Assembly (NCBI GenBank): GCA_964016885.1
Contig: OZ024743.1
Coordinates: 28,892,001-28,956,000 of the forward strand
DNA from: Eledone cirrhosa
Taxonomy: Eukaryota
Direction of reading: 5' to 3'
DNA: 64,000 nucleotides
Part shown: positions 39,576 through 52,090 of the stretch, in pieces
Position numbering within the stretch: position 1 is the stretch's first letter
Layout: every line of letters starts with the position of its first letter
Notes under the pieces: model-generated
Told to the model about the DNA's origin: nothing
The model's database searches: none
What the model saw: only the letters and a program-made list of their open reading frames with translations
Position numbers and translations under genes: made by a program

Positions 39576-39880
39576 TATATATTATGTACAAGATAACGAA
39601 GTTTAGCTTTAAAATGCTTTTATTATATACTAAACGTGACATGTTTCACAGATGATCAGCTTGAGGTCTTAATCAATATGATAGACCTGATTTCAGTATT
39701 GATCTGCTCATTAGACATGCAGATTTATATCAAGATGGAAATGGTTTGATTTAAAGCTACATATCAGGTCTATCATATTGAATAAGACCTCAAGCCAACC
39801 ATCTGTGAAACATATCACGTTTGATATGGAATAAAAACATTTTACATTTAAATCCCATTATCTCATACATAATGTATACA
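39576..39880. mobile_element. Old inverted-repeat (probable PLE pLTR) remnant containing a hammerhead at 39634-39718 (-)
   Basis: Arms ~39576-39691 and 39763-39880. Minus strand reads ATGT-CTAATGA-GCAGAT...ATCTGT-GAAA-CATG-TC-ACGT. Confidence 0.65.
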
Positions 39881-40256
39881 CTCTGCAGATGAGAAACATA
39901 TAACACACAGATATGGTGAGAAGAACACACTGTCTCTGGAACACTCTGTCATATTGCTGCCACCTACAGTAATCAACAAACATTACTAAATAACCTGCAC
40001 TATATATATATATATATGTATATTTGTATGTATACGTTCATATATATATATTACTGTTTAGTCAAGGAGGGAAGGGAAGGATCGATTAATTTTTCAGAGA
40101 TACCAAGACTAATGAGAGAGATCTTGCCAGAAAGTTTGCAATAGAGATATTACTAAAGACATGGAAATGTCAAGTAGTGGTGTTAAACCAGGTGACATAT
40201 TGAGTCTACTAATCATCTCTCTCTCTATATATATATATATATGTGTATATATATAT

Positions 40257-40313
<57 letters not shown>

Positions 40314-40455
40314 TAGATAGTTAGATAGATGTATATGGGGAAATGAGTGCATATGTATGTATATCATCATCATCATCATCATCATCGTTTAACGTCCATA
40401 TTCCACGCTCGCATGGGTTTGGACGGTATATAGACATATATAAATGGGGGAATGA

Positions 40456-40487
<32 letters not shown>

Positions 40488-40983
40488 GACATTGTAGTTT
40501 ATTTTACTATAACTGGAGGAATCCTTCCTCATTCACAAAATAATGTATTCTAAATGTTTTACCGCTAAATATTCATGTGAACTGAAAGTAAACTTATTTC
40601 CATTCTGGTATAGTTATATAGAAAACAAATATGTCAGTTTAAATTGATAGTAATCACTGCCTGTTTTTAATGAAGTTACATTGATGCAAATAAAATTTCT
40701 CTGTACTTTCATGAATGTATATATATAACAGGACTGATGAATTAGTAAATAGCTTGACAATTAATGACAAAAACTAGGGTGTAAACTAGGTTATATAGCT
40801 TCTTTCCCACCTAGCCTCCATAGTTCACTTTTTTACTATATTCAGTTTTATTTTGGGTAAATGAAAATGAAAACAATAATAGCTTCAACATTAAACTCAC
40901 ATAGTATACTTCCATATAGTAGTAACAAAATCAGTAGCATTCTTTCGCAGCAAGAACACATGTAGCATATGTTATATTACAAG

Positions 40984-41154
40984 TTATTTAGAAAACTTGA
41001 TGAAATCACTTGCATCTGTGAAGTCAAAATCCCATGAATTAACTTCTTTATATTGGTTTTTATTATATCTGAAAGGTTTTTTGCTGGAAGAAAGCTCCTT
41101 TGATGGATGAAATAAAGATCTCTGCTTTGACTTAGTTTCTTCTGTAATGGGTGC
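40984..41154 (-). CDS. M1AP: M1AP orthologue, putative last coding exon
   Basis: Acceptor tttattatttctag, phase 0, open for 56 codons APITEETKSK...DFIKFSK then TAA. It follows the previous exon in frame but has no recognisable homology. AATAAA lies at 40847-40852 (-). Confidence 0.6.
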   Translation of the reverse strand, partial: APITEETKSKQRSLFHPSKELSSSKKPFRYNKNQYKEVNSWDFDFTDASDFIKFSK

Positions 41155-41612
41155 CTAGAAATAATAAATTAAACAAATGTGGAAAGATATAAATTTTAAA
41201 TATTTACACAGCTTGGGAAATAAGCTATAAATCACCTTCTGGATGCATAATATCTGTACAATCAATCATATTTTATAGCAAAATCTTATTAACATACCAA
41301 AATATCAGAAACTTAGTTGAAATTTGTAACTAAAATGTTTTGGTCTTGGTTGTTTTTTTTTCTTTATGGATTTTCCTTAAATGGCAAATTGATTTTGTTT
41401 ATGAGAAGAGCAATTCAAAGAATATATAATTGTGGGATTTTAAATTAAGATATATTTATTTTATAAATGCCTTAAATATTTTCCATCCAACAATCAAAAT
41501 CTATATTATTTTACATTTATTTAAACAGTTAAGAAGCTAATTTCGATAAATTATGATCTATGTTGATCAATTTGATGTTTTAAGATTGGAATTAATATTA
41601 TATATCATATAC

Positions 41613-41726
41613 CTTAGCTGGTGTTTTTTTCTGTTTAGATTGAGATTGTTTGGACACTAAATTAATCAGCGCATTGTAGAGACCACTGGGCACAAAAAGA
41701 GGATTATAAGTCTCTAAACATTCCAA
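41613..41726 (-). CDS. M1AP: M1AP orthologue exon
   Basis: ag|LECLETYNPLFVPSGLYNALINLVSKQSQSKQKKTPAK|gt, 114 nt. Resembles human LELEPTYNPLHVQSHLY as I recall it. Confidence 0.85.
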
Positions 41727-41964
41727 CTAAATTAAAATAGAAAATACATTGCATTAAATTTTTACTACTATCTTTATTAAAAAATGAATCAATCAATTCT
41801 CACGTTGCTTAACACAACAAAAACAACAAACAAGTGTGTTAAAACCATTTTCCTTGCTAAATTATAGTGGATTCCATTTCAAGGTTTTCCATTTTGCTCA
41901 TCCATCTAAACCTTGTTTCCATTCTTTCCACACTCACTTACAATCTCATTATATACATACAAAT

Positions 41965-42040
<76 letters not shown>

Positions 42041-42074
42041 TTGTATGTATATATATATATATATATAACTTTGA

Positions 42075-42420
42075 GTATGTGTTGGTTGTTTAACGACACT
42101 TCAGTATGCAGGTTAGAGCACATACGGCTGAAAATACAATAAGGATGGTAAAGAACTTAAACACTGAAATAGCTGTCATACCTGGTGGACTGACTTCTCA
42201 ATTACAACCCCTTGATGTTTCACTAAACAAGCCTTTTAAGGCACACATGGGAGAGGTATGGTATAATTGGATGAAGGACCCACAACATGACACTGACAGG
42301 ACGTATGAAGAGGCCTACATTTTCCCAGGTAGCTCAGTGAGTGAAAAACTTGTGAGGTGTTGTGAAAACCGAAACAGTTATAAAAGTTTTCAAATAATGT
42401 GGCACCAAAAAGAGCTGAGT
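42075..42420 (+). pseudogene. pogo/Tigger DDE_1 transposase remnant
   Basis: RAHT...IAVIPGGLTSQLQPLDVSLNKPFKAHM. Confidence 0.85.
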
Positions 42421-43428
42421 CAAAAAATACATTGCAAGCACTAACTTTCAAAGCAAAATTAGAACAGTGTGTAACATGTGTCAGTAGTGGTAGAACAGAG
42501 GTAGCAAGTGGGTTCATATACAACTTTATTCTGAATCATACTGTGTAAGTGCTTTCACTAATGAAATCTAGCCAGTCAAGTTTGCACTAAGTGTAAATAA
42601 GCATTCCTCACAAATAAGTTATTTACAAAAAATTAAGTCAACAACATGGACGAAAGGACAAGGCCCATCATTGTTTCCAGGACCTCTGATACCAGTGGGA
42701 GGAAGATAAGTTCAAACTAGAAATGTGGTCTAAATACTTAAAGGCACCAAGGATCAGGTAGTGCAGTTAAAACAGACAATGGATTAAGCAGGATTTGAAT
42801 TCAAATAGCCAGAACAAATACTGTAAGGCACCTCATCTGAAGCTTTAGTAATTTTACCAATCCACCTCTCTGGCCTGGTAATTTACTAGGTTGCACATGT
42901 GCTGTTTTTGCTATCTGCCTTTTTTTATTGTTACTCTGATGGATTCTGCTCCTCTGAACTAGTTATTTCCATACCAACTCCTCCCAAACATGCTTGTCCC
43001 ATTTGTCTTTTTATCTCCAGTCACCCTTATTATATATCACCTCCTCCAACTTGCATTAAAAGTGTAACCATTTAGAATTCTGAAAACGTATTTAAGTTTA
43101 AACAATAGCCAATTAGGATACAGTTGTACAGTTTTATGCAAACTTTAATGCAACCTTGAAAATAAATAATTTAAGAGATAGATTACATTATCAGCGATTG
43201 TTTTCTAATTATTGAATACTTTCTTTAAAATCCAAGCTATTTCAATAACATTTTCATAATTTCAAATAACTTTCCCTGGTTTTGTTTGTTAATCTTCATC
43301 ACAGTTTCTAGTCTTTCGAATTTAAGAACAAAATAAGTATCAGTCCTATTTGTAGTTATAACTTTCCTTACATATTTGAATATGATCTACTCAATTTAGC
43401 GAGGTGAATATTGAAGAAAATATATTAA

Positions 43429-43660
43429 CCCTTTTGATACATACCCACATGAAACTACAAGTCATATGCTATAAAACTGGCAATTTTGAAAAGTTGCTAC
43501 TTATATTAAGACCGCCCATCACAATTTTATTCAATAAATTTTTTATTAAGTAATGTTCTAAACATCAGCTTACCAATGAAAAAAATTGTTTAACTGAATT
43601 CCTCCCAACTTTTGAAACACATTGGCAATTTATTTCATTTGAAATACAGTAATGAAAGGG
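43429..43660. mobile_element. TTAA-flanked piggyBac-like MITE (other copies 47042-47238, ~49414-49665; second family ~50950-51152)
   Basis: TTAA|CCCTTTTGATAC...GTAATGAAAGGG|TTAA. Confidence 0.7.
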
Positions 43661-44932
43661 TTAAGTACTTTATTGATTGCTATTAGTGGAACTCAATCTA
43701 TTGTTCCTTCATGCCAGTTCACTTTAACTGCATAACTCTGTGTCTGCTGCTATTAGTACTTGCATGGATTACAAAATAATTGCATCATTTTCTGTCTCCT
43801 ATACAATAAAACCACAAAGCCTTTAAAAAAAACTCTTGGTCAGTTGCATTATGTACGTTTTACTTTTATTAAATTTGCTTTTGTTATTTTTCATCAATTT
43901 TCAATATTTTAATTTAGACTAAAAATAAGGCATAAATTACAAGGATATTATAGAATGGAGTAGGAAAAGTTTCAATTAATCCAAGAATGGGGAAGTCTGA
44001 TAATATGTATAAATAACATAAAAACATGATAGTGGATGATTGTTGGCATCAAAAGTGGTGGTTATAAAATACTAAAGTGTTTCTGAAACAGTTAATATCA
44101 TCTAAAAAAACAGATCAATAGTAAATTAGCAGGGCTCAGTAGTCCATTAAGTTACAATGATAGTGTGTAAATATGCTTCAACAAAGTGCTATAAACTCAT
44201 TAATCAGTCAATAAATACTTTATTGCTGGAAATGTATTAAATCGTGATAAAATTAGCATTTCGAAGAGTGATGTGAAGACAAAGAAGGGACAGTAAACAA
44301 AATAGGTGTATTAACAAACAGTTACACTACCTGCCATTAAATCGGTTTCACAAGGGGATGTAAGCTGCTATACTTATTTTTATAGCATTTGATTTATAAA
44401 CAAAATGTAAATGAGCTCTACTGCATATAATATGATCACAATTATAAATGCAATCAAAATAAAGCTCATTTATTTTCACTTGAGATTTTTCCCAGGATCT
44501 CCAGATTAAGTACTAAAACCCTCATGCATCAATATTCAATAAACCAAATATTACCACTAATGTTATTATTGATTTTTATCCCCTGATATAATATCAAAGC
44601 TATCTTTACGTCTCTACATTTGCCCTGAATTAAATATCATGTAGTAATCTTTCTCTTAGAAGTTTCTTTTTTTTTCTTTTTTAACTTGATAAAATGTTTG
44701 CACAAAACACGATTTGAAAGATTTGAAATATATATTTGTTGATAGTGTCATTTATTGACATGTATAATGATGGTGCATCTGAATAATCTCTAGCAAAGCC
44801 TTTACAGAGATAATTTTAAATAAAACAAACATTACTATATGAACGTTTAGCTTTCACTTAACTATATGTTTTTCATGCAGAAAGCACCTATATTTCCCAA
44901 TATCATTATTTTAATTTGTCTAATTTGTCTCC

Positions 44933-45073
44933 AGCATAGTTACGTCCCTTTACGATCTGAGTTCAAATCCCGCCGAGGTTGACTTTGCCTTTCATCCTTA
45001 CGGGGTCGATAAAATAAAGTACTAGTAATGCACTGGGTAATTGCTGGCCTTGTGCCTAAAGTAGAAACAATTA
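44933..45073 (+). mobile_element. 5'-truncated S1 SINE with TSD
   Basis: ATTATTTTAATTTGTCTAAT at 44905-44924 and 45070-45089. Confidence 0.85.
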
Positions 45074-45163
45074 TTTTAATTTGTCTAATCAAGGGATTAT
45101 TTTCACACAAAATCTATATCTTTTAGACATTCTAAAGTGTTTGCAGCTATAAGTGAGCTACAT

Positions 45164-45203
45164 TTTGCTGAAGAGGTCTGATAAGACTGAAAAAATGTCC
45201 AGA
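45164..45203 (+). ncRNA. Minimal hammerhead motif with a stem III mismatch
   Basis: TTTG-CTGAAGA-GGTCT GATA AGACT-GAAA-AAATG-TC-CAGA. Confidence 0.55.
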
Positions 45204-45470
45204 GTTATCATTATATTTGCTCACTCCATCCTGCATATTTCCAATTAAATTGAAATTTCAAGTGCTCTCATTCTTGCTCTATTTCATATTAATTTACATT
45301 TATGCTAACAACTACTCTTCTAATTATGGTTGTAATTTCAATTGGTTAAAAACTTATTTTTCACTCCTTAAGTATTGTAGTATGTACTTAACTATAAATT
45401 TGGCATGAGAGATTTTCCAATGTCATTAGCCAGTTTATTTTGTGGAATATTTACTATGAATCTTTAGTAA

Positions 45471-45656
45471 ATAATTGTTTCTACTTTTGGCACAAGGCCA
45501 GCAATTACCCAGTGTATTACTGGTTCTTTATTTTATTGACTCCGTAAGGATGAAAGGCAAAGTTAACCTCGGCGGGATTTGAACTCAGAATGGCAAGGGC
45601 TGTAACTCTATGCGTCAAAGCATGGCGTCCGACCCTCTACCAATACTGCCAATCCA
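45471..45656 (-). mobile_element. S1 SINE, full length
   Basis: Reverse complement of 349-536. Confidence 0.85.
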
Positions 45657-47247
45657 CAAATAATGAAATATTACATTGATTCAACATTATTACAGCTTTA
45701 TATAATTATTTAGAAAGATTTATTATTTTTCTGAATTTCAACTTAATTAATTGAGAAGCATAAATTTTATAATTATTACTGTTCATTAATTCTAAAAGAT
45801 AATTTTGGAGTTAAACATGTGAGCAATTGTTTTACATATCATGATATTATTCAAGAAGGAAAATCATCATAATTAATATGGTATTTTCTATAGGTTTAAC
45901 GTACACACACATACCATCATCATTATATATATATACTTAAACATATAGAGCAAACACCTTAAATAAATATAGATGTATATATATAAATTCAGCGAGAATC
46001 GCATTTCGGCGGGTAGAAAAAGCGACACACACACACATATATATATATTTATATATAAATATATATAAATATCATTATCAAACGCCTATTTTCCACGCTA
46101 GCATGGGTTAAACGGGTTGTCCCAATAGAGGCAAGTTGGGTCAGGTGACCAGGTCTTGCTCATATAGGACTGTTTCTGGCTAGATTTCTATGGCTGGATG
46201 CCCCTCCTAATGCCAACCACTCTACAGTGTGGGGTGGGTGCTTTTGTCATGACACATACACAACCACCTTACAGTGTGCACTGGGTGCTTTTTCTTGTGA
46301 CACCTACACAACCACTTTACAGTGTGGGCTGGATGAATATATATATATTATAAGGATTCTTTACATTATAGTTAGGCTGCTACTGTTTCAATAGCAATTG
46401 AGTAACAAATCTCTTTGATTTAATTTAATTCAAAAATATCTCTTTGAGGGTGTAGCCATAATTTGATTGACAGCTGATGATGGAGTACAATGAGGAAATC
46501 TGAGATGAAGTCATCTACATATATATATGTACATTTAAAAGCTTTTGCCATATTTTTTTTACTATAGAAATTTTAGCCTCAATTTAGAAATGGAAAAAGA
46601 TGAGTAGTGATGTACATGTACGGCGAAAACTTCTATTTCTAATTTCAAACTTGGTCACTGTTTGAAAACATACTTACTGAAAACATACACTGTTTGAAAA
46701 CATTCTCATCATAATAATTTTTATATTTGCTTTGCCATAGAAGATAGACAATATTTTGCCTAGTGCTATGTTTCAAAGTTAAATTCCTTGAAAATAACTG
46801 AGTTCAAGGTGGTGAACTAAAAACTAAAATAGAATGATCATGAGATTTTCTCTTAATACTTTCATTGTATTATGCTGCTAGACAATACAGAAAGTTCTAA
46901 GAAAGTTTCTATTGCTACTTGCCAATTGAGTGGTTGCAAGAAATTCATCTAATCGTTAAAACATTTGGTTAAAAAGAAAACCTAGTGGCCAATGTCAAAA
47001 AATTTATCCAAAACAGTAATGAAATTAATAAATCAGCTTAACACTTTTGATACTAAACTATCTAAAACAGTTCTATCATACAAAGCTGCTTATTTTAAAA
47101 TGTTTATATATATCTACAAACATTTCATCATAATTTATGAAAACCTTTGTTAAGTTATGTTCCAAATTCTTAAATATTTTCAAAATGATTTGAAAATCCT
47201 ATGCAGTCTATTTTATTAGAAATATGGTAACAAATGGGTTAACTTAC

Positions 47248-47499
47248 TTGAGAAATTGAAGATTCTACCATTTGAAGATTATTGTCTGAAGGCATTTCAA
47301 CCTGAAGGGCTTGACTCTGAGATACCATTAATTCTTTACAGGCCAATGATTTAATCAACATTTTACCTGACTGTGATGGAAGTATAACAAAGCAACCTAA
47401 TGGTTGTTTATTTTTCAGAAATAGATCATCCAGATGGTTATTTTGTTGTGGAAGAGAAGAATCTGTTTCTTGTCCTAGTTGACCAATTAATACATACTC
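47248..47499 (-). CDS. M1AP: M1AP orthologue exon
   Basis: acacag|EYVLIGQ...CFVILPSQSGKMLIKSLACKELMV...DNNLQMVESSISQ|gtaag, 252 nt, phase 0/0. Resembles recalled human EWLLLAK..FYVIMPSHSLTLLVKAVATRELML..DDSLKNVESML. Confidence 0.9.
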
Positions 47500-50400
47500 C
47501 TGTGTAAAAGACAAATCAAACAGTTTACTTCATCTTCTGAATTTATGTCTACTGCAATATTAATTTAAATGTTTCAGACTATAAATCATATATTTTGTAT
47601 TATTTTATTGGTAATTCATAAGATGGCAAACTGGCAGATATATTAGGACATGAGATTAAATGCCTCTGTATTTGTACTCACTGTGCTCTGAGTTGAAATC
47701 CTGCTCAAGTCAACTTTGTCTTTCATCCTTTTGAGATCAATAAATAAACAGTCCAGTATTAGAGTTGATTCTTCCTCTATCGCTTTTTATCACTTTCTAT
47801 TGCTTTCTATCCTTTTCTGGAAGAAATCAGTTGTTTTCAAACCTGGAAAGGGATGGGCTCTGCCAGGTTTAAAAGACAGACTGTGTCAGAATAGCACCCT
47901 TACAACGCAATCAAGAGGTAAGGACTATTGGTAATTCTAGAGTCATAGCATACTATAAACTGTAAATTGACTCTAGTAGGATTTTAACTTAGAAGAGAGA
48001 GTAAAGTAGTCATCTTAAAGAATTTGAAATACCTGTCTACAGATCATGCGAGCTCTATATTTTAACTTTACGAAGCCCTATTTACTATTTCTAAGACTGC
48101 CAATTTGATAAATTCTTTCACAGCAAACAATAGCCAGAAGGTGTATGATAAAAAATTTGCTATTTGATTAGTTTTGTTTTGTTTTTTTTCAGTGAGTTTC
48201 CATTAAAACTAGAGCCAGGAGGTACAATGTGCAGGAAGTGCTAGATGTATTAGACAAATGCAATTTTTAAAAAGAGTTACGTGAAGAAACCTAAGATTAT
48301 TGTTTTTGATTTTCAGTCTGAAGATAAGGTTGACATTGTTAGTGACACAAAATCATAAAAGCAAACTTAAGTGACTAAGCTAGACATTTTGATAGCAAAA
48401 ATTAAACCCAGAAATGATGACAGCTTTCTTTACAGTTCTTGAAGCAAGTCTTATTTTGCTGATTTTGACCCTACTTCCTTCATTATTTAAAAGACAGAGA
48501 AAGGGTCAACTAGCTATTGGCACTTTTGTTGTTTTACTTTTTCTTCAATATTACAAATGTTTGAGGAATTCTAAACAGTAATATAATGATGTTATAAACA
48601 TTTACTTCAAGCATTCCAATTTCAGTGTACATACCACTAAATGACTGGTGGATGAGGCAATTTTATACAAAAATAACCAAGCTACATATCTTTTCTCTTT
48701 GAATTGGTAATATTTTGATAATAGTTAATGCATTTGAAAATTGAAATGTTTAAAAAAAAGAGAGAAAAGGAGAAGATCAAACGGTTTTTTGAAAAGGTAA
48801 ATAAACAAATTGGAAATAAGATAAAGAAGAACATTTCTATCAATACAAAATTACAAGACCAAATTTGAAATATATTAAAAATTTATATTAGAAACTGTAA
48901 ATCTTAAATACAAATAACTATGCACTAATTGAAAGTTGCTATAGAGTTTCGAACCATAGTAATACATAAAGAAATTTGATTTCACATAAGCTAATTAAAT
49001 ACTGAACTATTTCAGTAATTTCTTTAGTTGCATAGTGAGTAAGGAATTAGAATAACATGGTTTATGTGAAATGATAGCTTGCTATGAAAGAAATGTTTTG
49101 GAAATCAGATGTAATAGGAAATATTTCTTTGTAAAAAAATTATGAGTTAGTTGTTATTTACAAGCTGTTTACCATTTATAAGCGTCACATTAATAATTTA
49201 TTTTCACTGAAAAATTCAACTTAATCGTATTTGCAATATTGTGTTTATCAATGTGAAGTCTTTCATCCACAATCAACAGGTTATGAATTTATCTTCTCTC
49301 AAATGATATCTGTCTTCCTCAAAGTTATAGTAGTTGAGAAGTTCATATGTTGGACAATAAAACCATTCATAGCAATTGTTTATTTTCATAGACAAGAGAT
49401 ATTAGTTGCTTAACCCTCCCATTACCATATTTCTCATATTTCTAATAAAAGACATTGCTTAACATTTTCCAATCATTTTGAAAATAATTGAAAATTTGGA
49501 AGGAGTTTGTAAAATAACCAATTTTTTCATTATTAAGCAGGTGTTTGGAACATAAATTAACAAAGGTTCTTACATAAAGTTATGATGGAAGGTTTTTAGA
49601 TAAATATAAACAGCTCTCTATGATAAAACCAAAAGCAGCTTCAGGTAGTTTGGGGTCAAAAGAATCATTTTATACCCTCATTGGAATGGAAAGCTACTGC
49701 CATATAGAGCTAAATATAAGCATTTAGGAAAGAAATATTATTCAAGTGCTAATATCCAATTTTTCCCTGTCAATATGGGAGCTAACTTCATACACGTTTT
49801 AGTCTTATTATAACCTCCTCAATGAAACACAGCCTAAATGTACATGAATGTATCACTAAGTTAATTTACAAGATTGTACAATTGCTGATGTAAAAATCAG
49901 TATTGTTTATACATTAATTATCTGCATAAGGAATAATATTTTCTTTTACACAAACATCTAAACATGCTAGAAGCCTTCCATTTATTTTCACATGGAGCAA
50001 AGTATGCAATGATCAGTTTAAACAATTGACACTTTTCACATCTATATTCTTGCAACATAAAAGCATTCAATTTTACAGCATGAGGCACACTTACCAAAAA
50101 TATGGCACAAAGACTAAATCTTTGTAGCATAATTCTACTCTTAACAAAAACATGTATAAAAACAATAATCTTTTTTTCTCTAAAACGTTTCTACTAATTC
50201 TATGATACTATTTTGTCACCTAATCTGTAAGAAATAACAGTCAAATGTCCATAAATTTACATTCTACCACCTTAAAAATAACATTGAATAATATAGTCTG
50301 AGATATAGCATGCATGGTTTCAATGGAAGAGTATTTTCCATGTGGAACTGCTTTACGTATCTGATACCTCATGACTAAGTTCTCTTTGGAAATTTCAAAT

Positions 50401-51454
50401 CTCACATCAAATTGAGATGTAGCCATTCTACAACACTGAACTTCTGTTGGAGAAACAACAATATATTAGCCTGAAAAAGAAACGACACGATGGTCATGGT
50501 TGGAAAGTCTTTGATCACAAGCCTACTTGATCAGAGCCAACTTGAGGCAAAACAGCAACAACAATCTTCTAATCATTATATACATTTCTTCTCTGGTGTA
50601 ATCCCAGAAAACTGTTTCTTCTAAAGTATATCAAATCATTGTCTCTGGAGATATGGCAGTCACAGAATTTATTGTAATTCAATTAGTTTTCTGGCTGTCT
50701 TAAACAATTGACAGTCCAGTTACATATTCAATACACTAAAGGAAACTTCTATACAATTCTATCAACCTGCAATATAAGCAGTGTCTAATTACTATTACTT
50801 CTGCGTCATAACTATAGGCACAATTTGATTAACAATGATCCATTATGAAATGGAGTTGACCACAGCTTTAACATCATCACCACCATCACAACTACAATAA
50901 TAACATTTATAGTGATCATCCAGCCAAATCTTGTAGTAACAAATGTTTTAACTCATTAGCATTTACATTACTCTATATTTACTATTATATTTTCACAGTA
51001 AATGATTTACCTCACATAATATCAAATCTATGGGATTTTGATATTACTTATTTTGAGAACAATACCTTAACATCAGTATGAGAGGCCAGTTTGAACAGAA
51101 AGAGGTGAGAGGATTCTGGCCAGATATGGCTGGTTTAAATGCTAAAGGGTTATGGCAATTTTCCCTGCTAAAGAAGGGGCTGGCCCTGCAGGGAATGGGG
51201 CATGACAAGCTACTCCATTTTGTCTGGGCAAGAGGGCATGACAAGCAGCTCTATTTTGTCCTATCGTCACCATCTCCTCCATCATCTTTAGCCATATAAA
51301 AGGTAACTTAAAGGACTGGTGCTAGAAAGGGCATCTGACCTCAAAAGCCCCTCATGATAAGTATACTAACAAATTATGTAATTAGAAAAATGGTATCAAA
51401 TTCACTATGACGAAGCATAAAAAATATCACTTTAAATTAAACAATAGCACTTAC

Positions 51455-51556
51455 CTTTTCCAGTAGAATATGACAAAGAGCCTGGAAGTTGGCTCTGTTA
51501 CTTTCTAGTTCATCCCAATCAATTTTCCAAGAACTTGTTGGTTCTAATATATGGGG
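51455..51556 (-). CDS. M1AP: M1AP orthologue exon
   Basis: ttacag|PHILEPTSSWKIDWDELESNRANFQALCHILLEK|gtaag, 102 nt. Resembles recalled human PFILRPTSCWQLDWDELETNQQHFHALCHSLLKR. Confidence 0.92.
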
Positions 51557-52059
51557 CTGTAAAAATGTATAAGGAACGGTAAAAATGTATAAGGAACTTT
51601 CTCATAAAACAAACCTTATAGTAAATAATTATTAACAAATAATTTTAAATATTGACACAGACACTTATTTTGACAGGCAAACTCCCCGACCAACAATGTT
51701 CTCGACTAAGGATTGCGCATTGGCTGTGTCAGCACCCATCAAAGTGCACACAGCATGCATCACACACACTTTGCACTAAATAAATGAATCATCGCTTCGC
51801 AATGGGCCCGATCCCTTCTCCATCAAGTGAGTGAAGAAACTAGGAAAGTGGCAGTTTTTCAATGACGCAAATGCACACAGTACTTGGCCATGGCAGGCAC
51901 CAGCTTTGTAATATATAGAGAAAAAAATATATATATTAGGTTAAAATATGAAGATGGTCATCATTTTTCTATTCCTGGCAGGAATATTATACTGACTCTA
52001 TGAATATTATATGTATGCTTCATTCAGAACATGTTTAGGGTATTCTTTAATAAACACAT

Positions 52060-52086
<27 letters not shown>

Positions 52087-52090
<4 letters not shown>

